In this document: piece by piece, positions 1 to 8,750 of the stretch | How the letters are laid out: each line of letters starts with the position of its first letter | Position numbering within the stretch: position 1 is the first letter of the stretch | Origin: a virus | Taxonomy: Duplodnaviria; Heunggongvirae; Uroviricota; Caudoviricetes | DNA length: 37,372 bases | Virus record (IMG/VR): IMGVR_UViG_3300031134_000639 | Direction: 5' to 3' (one strand) | Notes under the pieces: generated by a model | Told to the model about the DNA's origin: nothing | What the model saw: the letters and a program-made list of their open reading frames with translations, nothing else | Database searches by the model: none | Made by a program: the position numbers and the translations under genes

Positions 1-2
1 CA

Positions 3-926
3 CTACAGTCACCAGACTTCGGAAAAACAATTGAAACAAGCATCCGAGTGCTAACACAGGTTAGCGACATGAGCGACATAGTATCCGTACCAACAGTAGC
101 AGCAGGAAACCGCCGCTCACACGCAATCGGCCTCGGAGCGATGAACCTCCACGGCACATTCGGTTACCACCACATGTACTACGGTGACGAGGAGTCCTTG
201 GACCTCACCAACATGTACTTCAGTGCAGTAACCTACTATGCTCTCCTAGCATCCAACAAGATCGCTAAAGAGCGTAAGGAAACGTTCGTAGGATTTGAGA
301 AGTCAGCCTACGCTGACGGAAGCTACCTACAGAAGTTCATTGACAACGTTGCTGTAGCACGCACAGAGAAGGTCAAAGCAATCTTCGCTGACATTGCTAC
401 CCCAACTAAGGAAGACTGGGAGAAACTATCCGCTTCAATCCAGAAGCACGGTATCTACAACCAGAACCTCCAGGCTGTGCCACCAACAGGGTCTATCAGC
501 TACCTAGCGAACGCGACCGCTTCAATTCATGGAATCACTTCAAAGATTGAGGCTCGTAAAGAAGGTAAGCTCGGTACTGTACGTGTACCAGCTGCTGAGA
601 TGAACAACGATAACATCCAGTACTATGAGGATGCTTACGAAATTGGTTACAAGAAGCTAATGGACGTATATGCAATTGCTGGATTCTACGTTGACCAGGG
701 TCTATCTTTGACTCTCTTCTTCAAGGAGTCAGCTACAACACGTGACCTTAACATGGCTTACCTATATGCTTTTGGTAAGGGTAAAGGCAAGCCAGCCAAG
801 GACGAGCGTGAAGCTATGGTAAATTCATTCAACCAGGGCGAACTGAAAACGATTTACTACATTCGTGTTCAGCAGCAAGCAATCACCGGAACATCAATGG
901 AAGAATGTGTCAGCTGCGCACTCTGA
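3..926 (+). CDS. nrdE: Ribonucleotide reductase class Ib alpha subunit, 3' part (5' end lies outside the window)
   Basis: Frame is open from base 3 ([16 protein letters not shown]). Contains [45 protein letters not shown] and a C-terminal EECVSCAL (CxxC). Confidence 0.95.
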   Translation, partial: LQSPDFGKTIETSIRVLTQVSDMSDIVSVPTVAAGNRRSHAIGLGAMNLHGTFGYHHMYYGDEESLDLTNMYFSAVTYYALLASNKIAKERKETFVGFEKSAYADGSYLQKFIDNVAVARTEKVKAIFADIATPTKEDWEKLSASIQKHGIYNQNLQAVPPTGSISYLANATASIHGITSKIEARKEGKLGTVRVPAAEMNNDNIQYYEDAYEIGYKKLMDVYAIAGFYVDQGLSLTLFFKESATTRDLNMAYLYAFGKGKGKPAKDEREAMVNSFNQGELKTIYYIRVQQQAITGTSMEECVSCAL

Positions 927-934
927 TATAGATT

Positions 935-979
935 AACATAAAAATGGCCTCATCATAGCGATGAGGCCATTTTTATGTT
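935..979. terminator. Inverted repeat, probable intrinsic terminator
   Basis: Perfect 20-bp arms AACATAAAAATGGCCTCATC / GATGAGGCCATTTTTATGTT with a 5-nt loop, directly after the nrdE stop. Confidence 0.85.
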
Positions 980-1017
980 GTAACTGTTATTTGTTCTCTA
1001 GTGTTTAGCTGCTGTAA

Positions 1018-1030
1018 CGTTAGATATAGA
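1018..1030 (+). promoter_or_regulatory. CGTTAGAYATAGA motif, copy 1 (candidate phage-specific promoter)
   Basis: CGTTAGATATAGA-TT-ATG(1033); the same motif and spacing occur at 13382-13394. Confidence 0.5.
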
Positions 1031-1032
1031 TT

Positions 1033-1776
1033 ATGGCTAAAACGGATAATATGCACAAGTCTACCGATGGAGTTTGGCGTCCCTGCGAAGCAAAAGGGGA
1101 CTGTCCTTTAGGGCATGCTACTACACGAGATGTAACGTATGCGGGGCAGGCTCTCGCTCGCATTGGTTTCGGTAAGCAGAGCGTTAAAACTCTTGACTCT
1201 AAAACTATTAAATCTCTCGCTGACAAAGAGCGTGCTTACACTAACGCCAATACTCCAGCGTGGGCACTTGCTTCAGAGGATCAGCTACCTCCGGTAGGAG
1301 CGGTTAAGACTATGCCCCGTCAAAATGGTACATTCCAGAGTGCTCTATGGAAATCGGCTGGTGTTTTTGTACGGGAGAACCAAGTCCAAGGCGAGGTGGA
1401 AGTTCTTTCAGAGGAACGCAAAACAGTTTCTGGTAGTTCTTCAACTCCTAAGATTAAAACAGTCAAAGCGACTCTTCAGTATGAGGATAAGAATACCCCT
1501 GGGAACCAAAAGAAACTTGAGTTTGAGTATGAGGAAGAGTCATACGAAAACACTGTAAGTCCAAATGCTGCTATCGTCAAATACTTTGTTCAAAGTGCTG
1601 CCTACCAGCGCTCACTGGGAACAGCAAGCGAGGAGGAAGCTGTTGCTTCCCTGGCTAAGCGAAGCAGGGTTTCAGAAGTGTCTGCCCGCAAGCGTCTTCA
1701 AGCAGAGAAAGTAAAGTACGAAACACTTCGTGACTTTATTGGTCAGAACACAATGAACGCTATGGCGGCAAAATAA
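1033..1776 (+). CDS. Hypothetical protein with N-terminal H-C-C-H module
   Basis: 247 aa ORF; N-terminus HKSTDGVWRPCEAKGDCPLGH resembles those of 13397 and 37372; flanked by terminators. Confidence 0.85.
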   Translation: MAKTDNMHKSTDGVWRPCEAKGDCPLGHATTRDVTYAGQALARIGFGKQSVKTLDSKTIKSLADKERAYTNANTPAWALASEDQLPPVGAVKTMPRQNGTFQSALWKSAGVFVRENQVQGEVEVLSEERKTVSGSSSTPKIKTVKATLQYEDKNTPGNQKKLEFEYEEESYENTVSPNAAIVKYFVQSAAYQRSLGTASEEEAVASLAKRSRVSEVSARKRLQAEKVKYETLRDFIGQNTMNAMAAK

Positions 1777-1804
1777 GTTGCTTTTAAGCGGTCCTGATTT
1801 CTGC

Positions 1805-1840
1805 GTGAGGGGATACATTGATTATAATGTATCCCCTCAC
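1805..1840. terminator. Inverted repeat between convergent genes
   Basis: 15-bp arms GTGAGGGGATACATT / AATGTATCCCCTCAC, 6-nt loop, followed by a T-run. Confidence 0.8.
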
Positions 1841-1957
1841 TTTTTGATTACCCCGAAGTTCTCTCGCAGCATCTGAATAGTCTGTTCCGTAGTCAGTAAT
1901 AGTGGCGGTACACAGATTCATCCCAATCTGCTTCAAAAATGCTGCTCAGATCTTAGC

Positions 1958-2506
1958 CTACTTACCTAGCTGTGCTTCCAAGAGGTCTGCGAACATGAGG
2001 GGTTCTAGGGTGTAGTCTGCTTCGTCTAGGAGAACATAAACTTTTAGCTTTTTGTCTGTTCCATAGGAGGCATTCCAGTTTTTGTTGTGGCCGTGCTTAT
2101 CTGATTCGGCTTCACGGGCTTTGCGGATGGTTTTCATCTGGGTTGTTTCTTTATATGTCACACTCCCCCATGTTCGGCTGTGGGTGTCGGCTTGGTACGC
2201 AATGTAGCTGCTCTGGCCGTCGGGGTAGACTGTGTTGACTACTAACTCGTGGTGTTCAATGTTCTCGCCGTCAAATTCTTGATAGAATTTGATTAGAGTG
2301 TACTCTGTGTTGAGTTCTTCATCTGTCCACTTATGTTCAAGGGTTGGCACTTCTGTTTCAGGGTTATGGGTGAGGCGAACAATCTTTTGGGTGCCGTGTA
2401 GGGCTAAGAGCAGGCTACTGGCGTCTCGGAAGGTCTTGCAAGCGTCTTCTATTGATCCTGTGCTGTTGTTGTAGGGAATGTCATCGTCATGCTGCGGCTG
2501 TATCAT
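1958..2506 (-). CDS. Hypothetical protein
   Basis: 182 aa ORF with upstream AAGGAAA SD-like site; convergent terminator at 1805. Confidence 0.75.
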   Translation of the reverse strand: MIQPQHDDDIPYNNSTGSIEDACKTFRDASSLLLALHGTQKIVRLTHNPETEVPTLEHKWTDEELNTEYTLIKFYQEFDGENIEHHELVVNTVYPDGQSSYIAYQADTHSRTWGSVTYKETTQMKTIRKAREAESDKHGHNKNWNASYGTDKKLKVYVLLDEADYTLEPLMFADLLEAQLGK

Positions 2507-2626
2507 CAGTTTCCTTAGAGTCTGTGTTCTCTTAATTTATCATAGTCGGAGCATGTTTTGTGGTAGAGGTTGTGAGGCAAGCTTTGAAGCGAAAGTTTGT
2601 AGGTTGACCAATGTGGTAGTTCTGTG

Positions 2627-2635
2627 TGGTACAAT
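2627..2635 (+). promoter_or_regulatory. Extended -10 promoter
   Basis: TGG-TACAAT upstream of the SD GGGGAG and ATG 2660. Confidence 0.6.
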
Positions 2636-2659
2636 GACTCTGTAGACAGGGGGAGTAAA

Positions 2660-3268
2660 ATGAGGTCAATGACGTTTCGGCTTTTTAATGAAGTTCGTGA
2701 AGCTGTTTATTACTCTTTCAAGTTGAAGCGACGAAAGTCTAACCTGGCTAAGGTTCGTGCTGGTGTTGCTGGGTATGTTTTGGGCGATGGCACGGAGATA
2801 CCGGACTTTTATGACAACTGGCGTGACACTTCTTGGCAGGATGAGAAGCATATTTATGCTGTACGTAAGTTTAAGGGTGTCACTTACGTGTATGTTGGTG
2901 ATGAGTATCATGAGCATGACCGGTTGAGGTTTGCAGGTGTTGGCAATGATTTCTATGAGGTCACCCGCAACTGTTCTATGGACGCTAGTTTGTCTTTTGA
3001 CCAGACTTTTAATCCTGTGTTGATGTTCAGGGATCCTAATGTTTCTATCGCGGCTTCTGTTCTTTTGACTTCTGCTCCCGGGCACAGGCCTGTTAGGGCG
3101 CTGGCGAATGTGATAAGCCAGATTGGTAATGATTACAGTTTCCAGGACATGCATGATCTGTTTTATCACACTGATATTTTCGCTGAGAAGCATGGACTGT
3201 CGGACATGCCTGAGGAATATGTGAGAGTGCTTACTGCTGGTGTTAACTCTTTAGAGGACAAGCGCTAA
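2660..3268 (+). CDS. HxHD/Hx4H family paralog 1 (unknown function)
   Basis: HEHDRLRFAGV...RNC...DMHDLFYHTDIF...SDMPEEYVRVL; start moved to ATG 2660 (SD GGGGAG). Confidence 0.85.
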   Translation: MRSMTFRLFNEVREAVYYSFKLKRRKSNLAKVRAGVAGYVLGDGTEIPDFYDNWRDTSWQDEKHIYAVRKFKGVTYVYVGDEYHEHDRLRFAGVGNDFYEVTRNCSMDASLSFDQTFNPVLMFRDPNVSIAASVLLTSAPGHRPVRALANVISQIGNDYSFQDMHDLFYHTDIFAEKHGLSDMPEEYVRVLTAGVNSLEDKR

Positions 3269-3390
3269 ACGGTCTAAGACTTATTTTGTAGGAAGCTAAA
3301 AGGTGAGTTAGACTGCCATCTTAAATGCTGCTTGTGTTTTAGTTTTTGAAAGTGTAGAATGTAGTAACTGTTCGTATGAAAGGTTTTATC

Positions 3391-4047
3391 ATGGTCAATA
3401 TCAAGTTGGTTACCCCAAGCATTAGTGTAAAAGATGTGTTCAATGATTTGACGAACTATTTTGGCAACTTCTTCTTTCGGATTCGCCTTAATTCAAGCTT
3501 GACTAAAGTTAAAGCTGGTCTGAATACTTATGCCATTGGTGAAGGCCTCGAGGTTCCTGATTTTTATGATGGCTGGGGTAACGGTGTGGGACCCGTTGAG
3601 AAAAATCTCTTTTCTGTTCGCAAGTTTGATGGTGTCACATATGTTTATGCTACCGAAGATTGTCATGAGCATGACCGTTTGCGATTTGCTGGCGTAGACA
3701 AGGACTTCTATGAAGTTCGTTGGAATTGTTTGACAGGGAGCTATTATGTGGAGAGACCTATCGCACCGACTGTACCGTATAACGGCTTCTGGGTTGAGCA
3801 TAGTTTGCCTGTGGAGACATATTTTCTTGTGTCTAATGTTCCAAGTGATGATACTGTACAGTTGCTGACTTCAGCTTTGAAGAAAACTAGTTGCGAATAT
3901 AGTCTAGAGGATTTCCATAATCTGTTCTACCACACTAGCGTGTTTGCTGATGCTCATGATTTGTCAGATCTTCCTGATGAATATGTGAGGCTTCTTACCG
4001 CTGGTGTAGATTCTTTGGGTGAAGATAGAATTACATTTCTTCTTTGA
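3391..4047 (+). CDS. HxHD/Hx4H family paralog 2 (tandem duplicate of paralog 1)
   Basis: HEHDRLRFAGV...WNC...DFHNLFYHTSVF...SDLPDEYVRLL; colinear with 2660; SD GAAAGG before ATG 3391 (alternative start 3376). Confidence 0.85.
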   Translation: MVNIKLVTPSISVKDVFNDLTNYFGNFFFRIRLNSSLTKVKAGLNTYAIGEGLEVPDFYDGWGNGVGPVEKNLFSVRKFDGVTYVYATEDCHEHDRLRFAGVDKDFYEVRWNCLTGSYYVERPIAPTVPYNGFWVEHSLPVETYFLVSNVPSDDTVQLLTSALKKTSCEYSLEDFHNLFYHTSVFADAHDLSDLPDEYVRLLTAGVDSLGEDRITFLL

Positions 4048-4191
4048 CTGTAAGAATTGACATTTCAAAAGTTCATATGAATACCTGTTTTGTAGTATAC
4101 TAGGAAGTGTATGCTCATGGTAGCTTACTTTGTGTTTGCTGGTGGACGATAGTTTATCAGTGTTACACTTTAACTTGAACCTAGGATTCCT

Positions 4192-5298
4192 ATGATAGCA
4201 AAGTTTTTACACTTCCTTAAGATGAGTTGGATGCTCTCCTGGCGTCTACTTTTTGTGGACGCACTTGTCTTCCATGGTGGGCATGACACTCAGTTCCTGG
4301 TTACAGCTGTTCTGTTCTCTGGGTTCATGGTGTTTTTCCTCAACAAGACTCTGACTGCATTTCCTCTCATCCGCTTGGTTATGCGCAAACCTGTTGTTGT
4401 GTGGGCTGACGGTTTTGCTAATGAGAATGCGCCTCGTGTTGTTAAAAGTAGAATGGCGACTCCTGCGGAGGCAGCCAAGTTAGCTAACCCTGAGCCGGAG
4501 CGTATACAGTTTGTTGGCTCCGCTACCACTAATGGTTTTATGACTGGTTTTGAACCATCTGCTTTAGCGAATGTTCCTATACCTGATGCACCAAAGATGA
4601 AGGGTGTGCCTGGCGCTAGTTTAGGCGGGGAGAATGGAATGGATGAGAACGCTGTTAGCATCGGTATCGTGGGTGAACAGAACTTTGCTCGTGCGTTGAG
4701 TGTGACAAAACTTATCCACCGTTTCAATAGCATTTGGTCTGTCCCTGTGCCTGATGCTGAATTTTTCAGACCAGCGGAGTATGATGCTGACATTGACTGT
4801 GTGATAGCTACTGGTACCTGTATTTACTTAGTTGATTTGAAGCACTATAAGTCAGGTAATGTGCGTTACTACAACATAGGTGATGAACTGTATTGTGAGG
4901 ATGTTGCGACTGGTGCTCAGGTTGGTGAAACCAAAACTATGTCACGGAACATGCAGAATGCAACTGCTGCTCTGAAGCACCATTTCCCGAAAGTTGTTTT
5001 CAAACCTGTTGTTGTACTCATGCCAACTGATAAAGGTGAAGGTATTATTGACAACGTTACATGGCCTGGTCAGATTCAGGCTATGAACCTGACTCAGTTT
5101 ATCTCCCAGTTGCAGGCTGACAGGGACTTTGACTACAGCATGCCTCATGGTGGAGTGTTTGCACGCATCTCTAACCTTGCTGATTTGAAAGTAAGTCGCG
5201 GTAAGCAGAGAGAGCGAGAAGAACAAACAAGGCGTAGGCTGCGAATAGAACATGATGAGCGGTCAGCACGTTATGGCTGGGAAAAACCTAAAGAGTAA
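4192..5298 (+). CDS. Membrane-anchored NERD / PD-(D/E)xK-like nuclease domain protein
   Basis: Two N-terminal hydrophobic segments; GIVGEQNFARAL...DIDCVIATGTCIYLVDLKHYKSG matches the NERD pattern. Confidence 0.7.
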   Translation: MIAKFLHFLKMSWMLSWRLLFVDALVFHGGHDTQFLVTAVLFSGFMVFFLNKTLTAFPLIRLVMRKPVVVWADGFANENAPRVVKSRMATPAEAAKLANPEPERIQFVGSATTNGFMTGFEPSALANVPIPDAPKMKGVPGASLGGENGMDENAVSIGIVGEQNFARALSVTKLIHRFNSIWSVPVPDAEFFRPAEYDADIDCVIATGTCIYLVDLKHYKSGNVRYYNIGDELYCEDVATGAQVGETKTMSRNMQNATAALKHHFPKVVFKPVVVLMPTDKGEGIIDNVTWPGQIQAMNLTQFISQLQADRDFDYSMPHGGVFARISNLADLKVSRGKQREREEQTRRRLRIEHDERSARYGWEKPKE

Positions 5299-5301
5299 CT
5301 A

Positions 5302-6324
5302 ATGTTAGCTCATTTTTTTAAGGAAGTGCGTTACCGGTGGTCTCGTACTGGAAGGTCGGGAGGCCTGCCCTTCAGCCGCCTAGAAACGTTTGAGCTAACA
5401 GCTTGGGGTGCTTTAATTTCTTTCGCGTTTGCTGTTGTGTTGACTCGGATTCTGGTGGGCTACGAGAATATCTATGAGTCCGCCTATACTCTTCTGGTTT
5501 CGGGTGGGCTTTGCGGCATTTTTATTGGAGTGGCAGTTTACTTTTACAGGGTTGTTACCACCGGACGTTTCTTCATCCACGAAGCTGAGCGTAGAGCAGA
5601 AAAAGCGCTGCAAAAATACAGGGCTGCTGTTGTCTTAGGTCAAGACCCAGCCAAAAGGAAAGTCTGGAGACCAAAGCGAATCCTGATACGTGATTTTTGT
5701 AAAGGCGACAAAGCATATTTTTTATGGCCGGAATCTGTGTTCAGTTTTTGGAAAAAATGGGGTGTTATCCTTGTTACTGCTCATGAAAGTTTCGCTGGTG
5801 AACTGCATCCGCATGATCGTCTAAAGTTTATTGGAGTTAAAGTCCTTTGGACCAGACGCTATTATTGGGGCACAGTGCCAGTGTTATGCATGCACAATCA
5901 AATCATTAGGCCTAACCGCGATACGGTGTCTTTTAAGGAGGAAACAACGTTTTGGGGTGAGTTTAGGAAGACCCTTCAAGCTGGAGGGAATATGTTGGAT
6001 TCGGCATGTGGTCGCTCAATTGATGTTTCTGTTGAAGGGTTTGTTGGATTTGCACGTCAGTTTAGGGGTGCATGGAAAGATCATGAGGTTGACCAGCAGG
6101 CTGAGAGGGAGCTTCGTATGTTCAGGGCGAATCTGCCTGATGGCATGGGATGGTCTGATGTTCATGATTATCTTTTTCATAGGAATGTGTTCTTAGAGCG
6201 GTCTGAGTTTTCAGACATACCGTCTGACTATGTAAGGCATCTTCTGGGTGCCACCAATTTGAATGCTTTAGAGAGTCGTGTCGGGCTGCCCGGAGGGCTT
6301 CCAGCGCCCAATAATTTAGTATAG
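5302..6324 (+). CDS. HxHD/Hx4H family paralog 3, with two N-terminal TM segments
   Basis: HPHDRLKFIGV...WSDVHDYLFHRNVF...SDIPSDYVRHL; starts 3 nt after the NERD stop. Confidence 0.85.
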   Translation: MLAHFFKEVRYRWSRTGRSGGLPFSRLETFELTAWGALISFAFAVVLTRILVGYENIYESAYTLLVSGGLCGIFIGVAVYFYRVVTTGRFFIHEAERRAEKALQKYRAAVVLGQDPAKRKVWRPKRILIRDFCKGDKAYFLWPESVFSFWKKWGVILVTAHESFAGELHPHDRLKFIGVKVLWTRRYYWGTVPVLCMHNQIIRPNRDTVSFKEETTFWGEFRKTLQAGGNMLDSACGRSIDVSVEGFVGFARQFRGAWKDHEVDQQAERELRMFRANLPDGMGWSDVHDYLFHRNVFLERSEFSDIPSDYVRHLLGATNLNALESRVGLPGGLPAPNNLV

Positions 6325-6331
6325 CTTTTGT

Positions 6332-6360
6332 TTGACAGCAGACTGTAAGACTGTTATTGT
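6332..6360 (+). promoter_or_regulatory. Sigma70/SigA-type promoter for a leaderless transcript
   Basis: TTGACA-N17-TATTGT (with TGn extension), then 6 nt to ATG 6367. Confidence 0.75.
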
Positions 6361-6366
6361 TGTCAT

Positions 6367-7347
6367 ATGATAAAAACTTTTTCCGCTGCCCTGAGACAGG
6401 ACCGTGAGCGGCGTGCGGAGGCTCGCTCTAATGCGCCTACCGATGATTTTAGTTTCTATCTTCTGATGGGTATAGTGGGTGTCCTGCTCACAGCTTTCGC
6501 GTATGCGGCGCTACCTGAAGGGTACAAGCTGTATTCTTTTCTGCTTTTGTTTTTGTCTGTAGTGATCTGGCGGGCTATTGTTTGTTTCGGTTTTGTTTTC
6601 AGATCTAAATTTCGTGCTGAACTAGCTAGAATGAAAGCAGAGAAAGCTTTCTCAGAGTACAAAGCTAATGTAAAAGCCCAGAAGGACCCTGTGAGTAGGA
6701 AAGTTAGGAACCCCGGCAGAATTTTTTCTCGGTCCATTGGCATGTCTTTTAAATCTGGAGAACCTTATGTAGCTTGGCCTCTCACGGCTTTTACTTTGTG
6801 GAAAAGACGCGGCGTGATTCTTGCTACCGCAAATGAAAGTTTTGCGAGCAGCCTGCATGAACATGACAGGTTGGTGTTTATTGGTGTCAGACGAGGTCTT
6901 TTTGCCAGACTATATTATTGGTTTGAAGCTCCAAGTCTCTGTGCTGATGAAAAAGAGAAACTTGTCCTTTCTGCTATGTCTATGTATGCTAATCTAAAAC
7001 TGTCTGACTCATTCTGGATGAATTTTATGAGTACTCATCAGTGGGGCACCACAACTTTTCGCCCTGAGGGCACGAGTGGAACAAGGCTTGACTTGCCAGC
7101 TTTCATGATTCGCAACCACAACACAATGTACGCTAGCAAAAGTTATCTAGCGGAAGCAGCAGATTTGCATCAACGCCTGGAGGGTGGCACTAGTTGGGTA
7201 GACACTCATAACTTCCTTTTCCATCCTCAGACGTTCTGTGACAAGCCTGAGTTTGAGGGAGTCCCTTTTTCTTATGTGAAGCAAGTTCTTGGATGTGCAA
7301 ACTTTGCTGCGCTGAATACTTTGACTAAGGATGAGGTTTCTACTTGA
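6367..7347 (+). CDS. HxHD/Hx4H family paralog 4, with two N-terminal TM segments
   Basis: HEHDRLVFIGV...WVDTHNFLFHPQTF...EGVPFSYVKQVL; colinear with 5302. Confidence 0.85.
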   Translation: MIKTFSAALRQDRERRAEARSNAPTDDFSFYLLMGIVGVLLTAFAYAALPEGYKLYSFLLLFLSVVIWRAIVCFGFVFRSKFRAELARMKAEKAFSEYKANVKAQKDPVSRKVRNPGRIFSRSIGMSFKSGEPYVAWPLTAFTLWKRRGVILATANESFASSLHEHDRLVFIGVRRGLFARLYYWFEAPSLCADEKEKLVLSAMSMYANLKLSDSFWMNFMSTHQWGTTTFRPEGTSGTRLDLPAFMIRNHNTMYASKSYLAEAADLHQRLEGGTSWVDTHNFLFHPQTFCDKPEFEGVPFSYVKQVLGCANFAALNTLTKDEVST

Positions 7348-7380
7348 GGAGTTAGCTTGACACTTCTTTCCTGTTCTACG

Positions 7381-7432
7381 CAAAAGAGTGGTGGCTACCA
7401 ACAAATTTCTGTTGGTAGCCACCACTCTTTTG
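7381..7432. terminator. Bidirectional terminator-like inverted repeat
   Basis: Perfect 23-bp arms CAAAAGAGTGGTGGCTACCAACA, 6-nt loop, between convergent genes. Confidence 0.85.
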
Positions 7433-7435
7433 TCT

Positions 7436-7669
7436 TTAGAAGCCGTGTCGTAGTGACTTCCAGACTGCCTTAAGTCGGTTCTCGTCTGGGATAGGCTCCC
7501 AGCCCATTGTCTCTCGGAATTCAGCGTAGTCTTTCCGCTGGGCTTTACCGGGGTTCATGAAGAAGAGGAAAGGAAGAATCCACAGTGGCAGAGTAATTGT
7601 TCCAATGACGAGCATACCTGCTCTGACTACCTTTTCTAGAATGTCAGATTTGTTTTCTGAGAGGGCCAT
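7436..7669 (-). CDS. Small membrane protein
   Basis: Start moved to MALSENK (SD AGGAG); one hydrophobic segment GMLVIGTITLPLWILPFLFF. Confidence 0.75.
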   Translation of the reverse strand: MALSENKSDILEKVVRAGMLVIGTITLPLWILPFLFFMNPGKAQRKDYAEFRETMGWEPIPDENRLKAVWKSLRHGF

Positions 7670-7711
7670 AGTAATTCTCCTAATGGTTAAGCTGGGCAAT
7701 AGATTACTTAT

Positions 7712-7740
7712 AGTATAGAGTCAAACAAACATATTGTCAA
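7712..7740 (-). promoter_or_regulatory. Sigma70/SigA-type promoter
   Basis: TTGACA-N17-TATACT on the minus strand. Confidence 0.8.
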
Positions 7741-7828
7741 GCCGTTCGTGCTAAAAGCGTAAGTTTTCTTTTGTTCGGACAGTAATATGTTGTTTTCTTT
7801 TTTGCTTTGCTCTTTTTATTTTTAGAAT

Positions 7829-7835
7829 ACCGATA
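7829..7835 (+). promoter_or_regulatory. ACCGATA motif upstream of pilin 1
   Basis: One of about 10 intergenic, sense-oriented CCGAT(A/T) motifs upstream of genes. Confidence 0.55.
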
Positions 7836-7897
7836 TTCATACTAGGTGAGAATATTGCTGTGTTCTCCCTTTTTCATCGAACCTCCAAGGATAATAA

Positions 7898-8668
7898 ATG
7901 TTTTCAAAGATAAAATCGTTTCAACAACAAGAGGAAGGCTTTACTCTTATTGAGCTTCTAGTCGTAATCCTCATTATTGGTATTTTAGCTGGTATTGCTA
8001 TACCTGTTTTCTTGAACCAGCAGAAAGCTGCTATCAACGCTAGTGTCAAATCTGATGTGCGCAACACTGTGTCTAACGTAAGTTTGTTCCTAACACAGTA
8101 CCCTTCCGCTGCACCTGCTAACAACACTCAGCAGACGGGGCCGACTGTTGGCGCTAACGCTAGTACAGACCCTAAGCCAGTGATTGTTGCTAGCCGCACT
8201 GACACAACTGTTGCTGTTGCTTTCAGTTCAGGTAAGTATGATGTGGAAGGCTATAACAGTAAAACTGTTTTCAAATACAACTTCCAGTCTGAGCTAGGTA
8301 AGTATGGTACAGCTAGTATTGGCGTGGTGGATACTGCTGCTATTCCAGGTGCTACTAGTGGTGCTTCCACACCTCCAGCGGCGGCGGCAGCTACCATGAC
8401 TGCTCCTACCAAGACAAGCGATCCAGCTGGCTATATTGACACTGTTTCTTGGGGTATCCCAACAGGTTACACTGCCTCTAACGTGACCTACAACGTTACG
8501 TCCACTGGAGCTAACAAGTATAACTTCCCAGGCTTGAAAACAAACAAGTTTGAAGTTAGCAAAGATGACGTTGGCTATGGTGACACTTTTGTGACTGTAG
8601 TAGCTGTTGATAGTGCAGGGAAAGAAATTGCTCGGGCAACAGGTATGGTTCAGCTTGGATATGAATGA
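7898..8668 (+). CDS. Type IV pilin-like protein 1
   Basis: Class III signal peptide MFSKIKSFQQQEEG|FTLIELLVVILIIGILAGIAIPVFLNQQ (G-1, F1, E5); beta-rich C-terminal domain. Confidence 0.92.
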   Translation: MFSKIKSFQQQEEGFTLIELLVVILIIGILAGIAIPVFLNQQKAAINASVKSDVRNTVSNVSLFLTQYPSAAPANNTQQTGPTVGANASTDPKPVIVASRTDTTVAVAFSSGKYDVEGYNSKTVFKYNFQSELGKYGTASIGVVDTAAIPGATSGASTPPAAAAATMTAPTKTSDPAGYIDTVSWGIPTGYTASNVTYNVTSTGANKYNFPGLKTNKFEVSKDDVGYGDTFVTVVAVDSAGKEIARATGMVQLGYE

Positions 8669-8693
8669 TAGGTAGTTATTAAACGATTATCAT

Positions 8694-8744
8694 AAACAGT
8701 TGAGGGGTGCCACACAAAATTTGTGTGGCACCCCTCAACTGTTT
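8694..8744. terminator. Near-perfect 51-bp palindrome between convergent genes
   Basis: AAACAGTTGAGGGGTGCCACACAAA-A-TTTGTGTGGCACCCCTCAACTGTTT. Confidence 0.85.
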
Positions 8745-8750
8745 GTTTAG

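Noticed and set aside
1018-1024. CGTTAGA matches the -35 consensus I recall for Bacillus phage SPO1 late promoters
   Set aside because: Here it lies about 15 nt from the ATG with no matching downstream -10, and the host lineage differs; treated as coincidence
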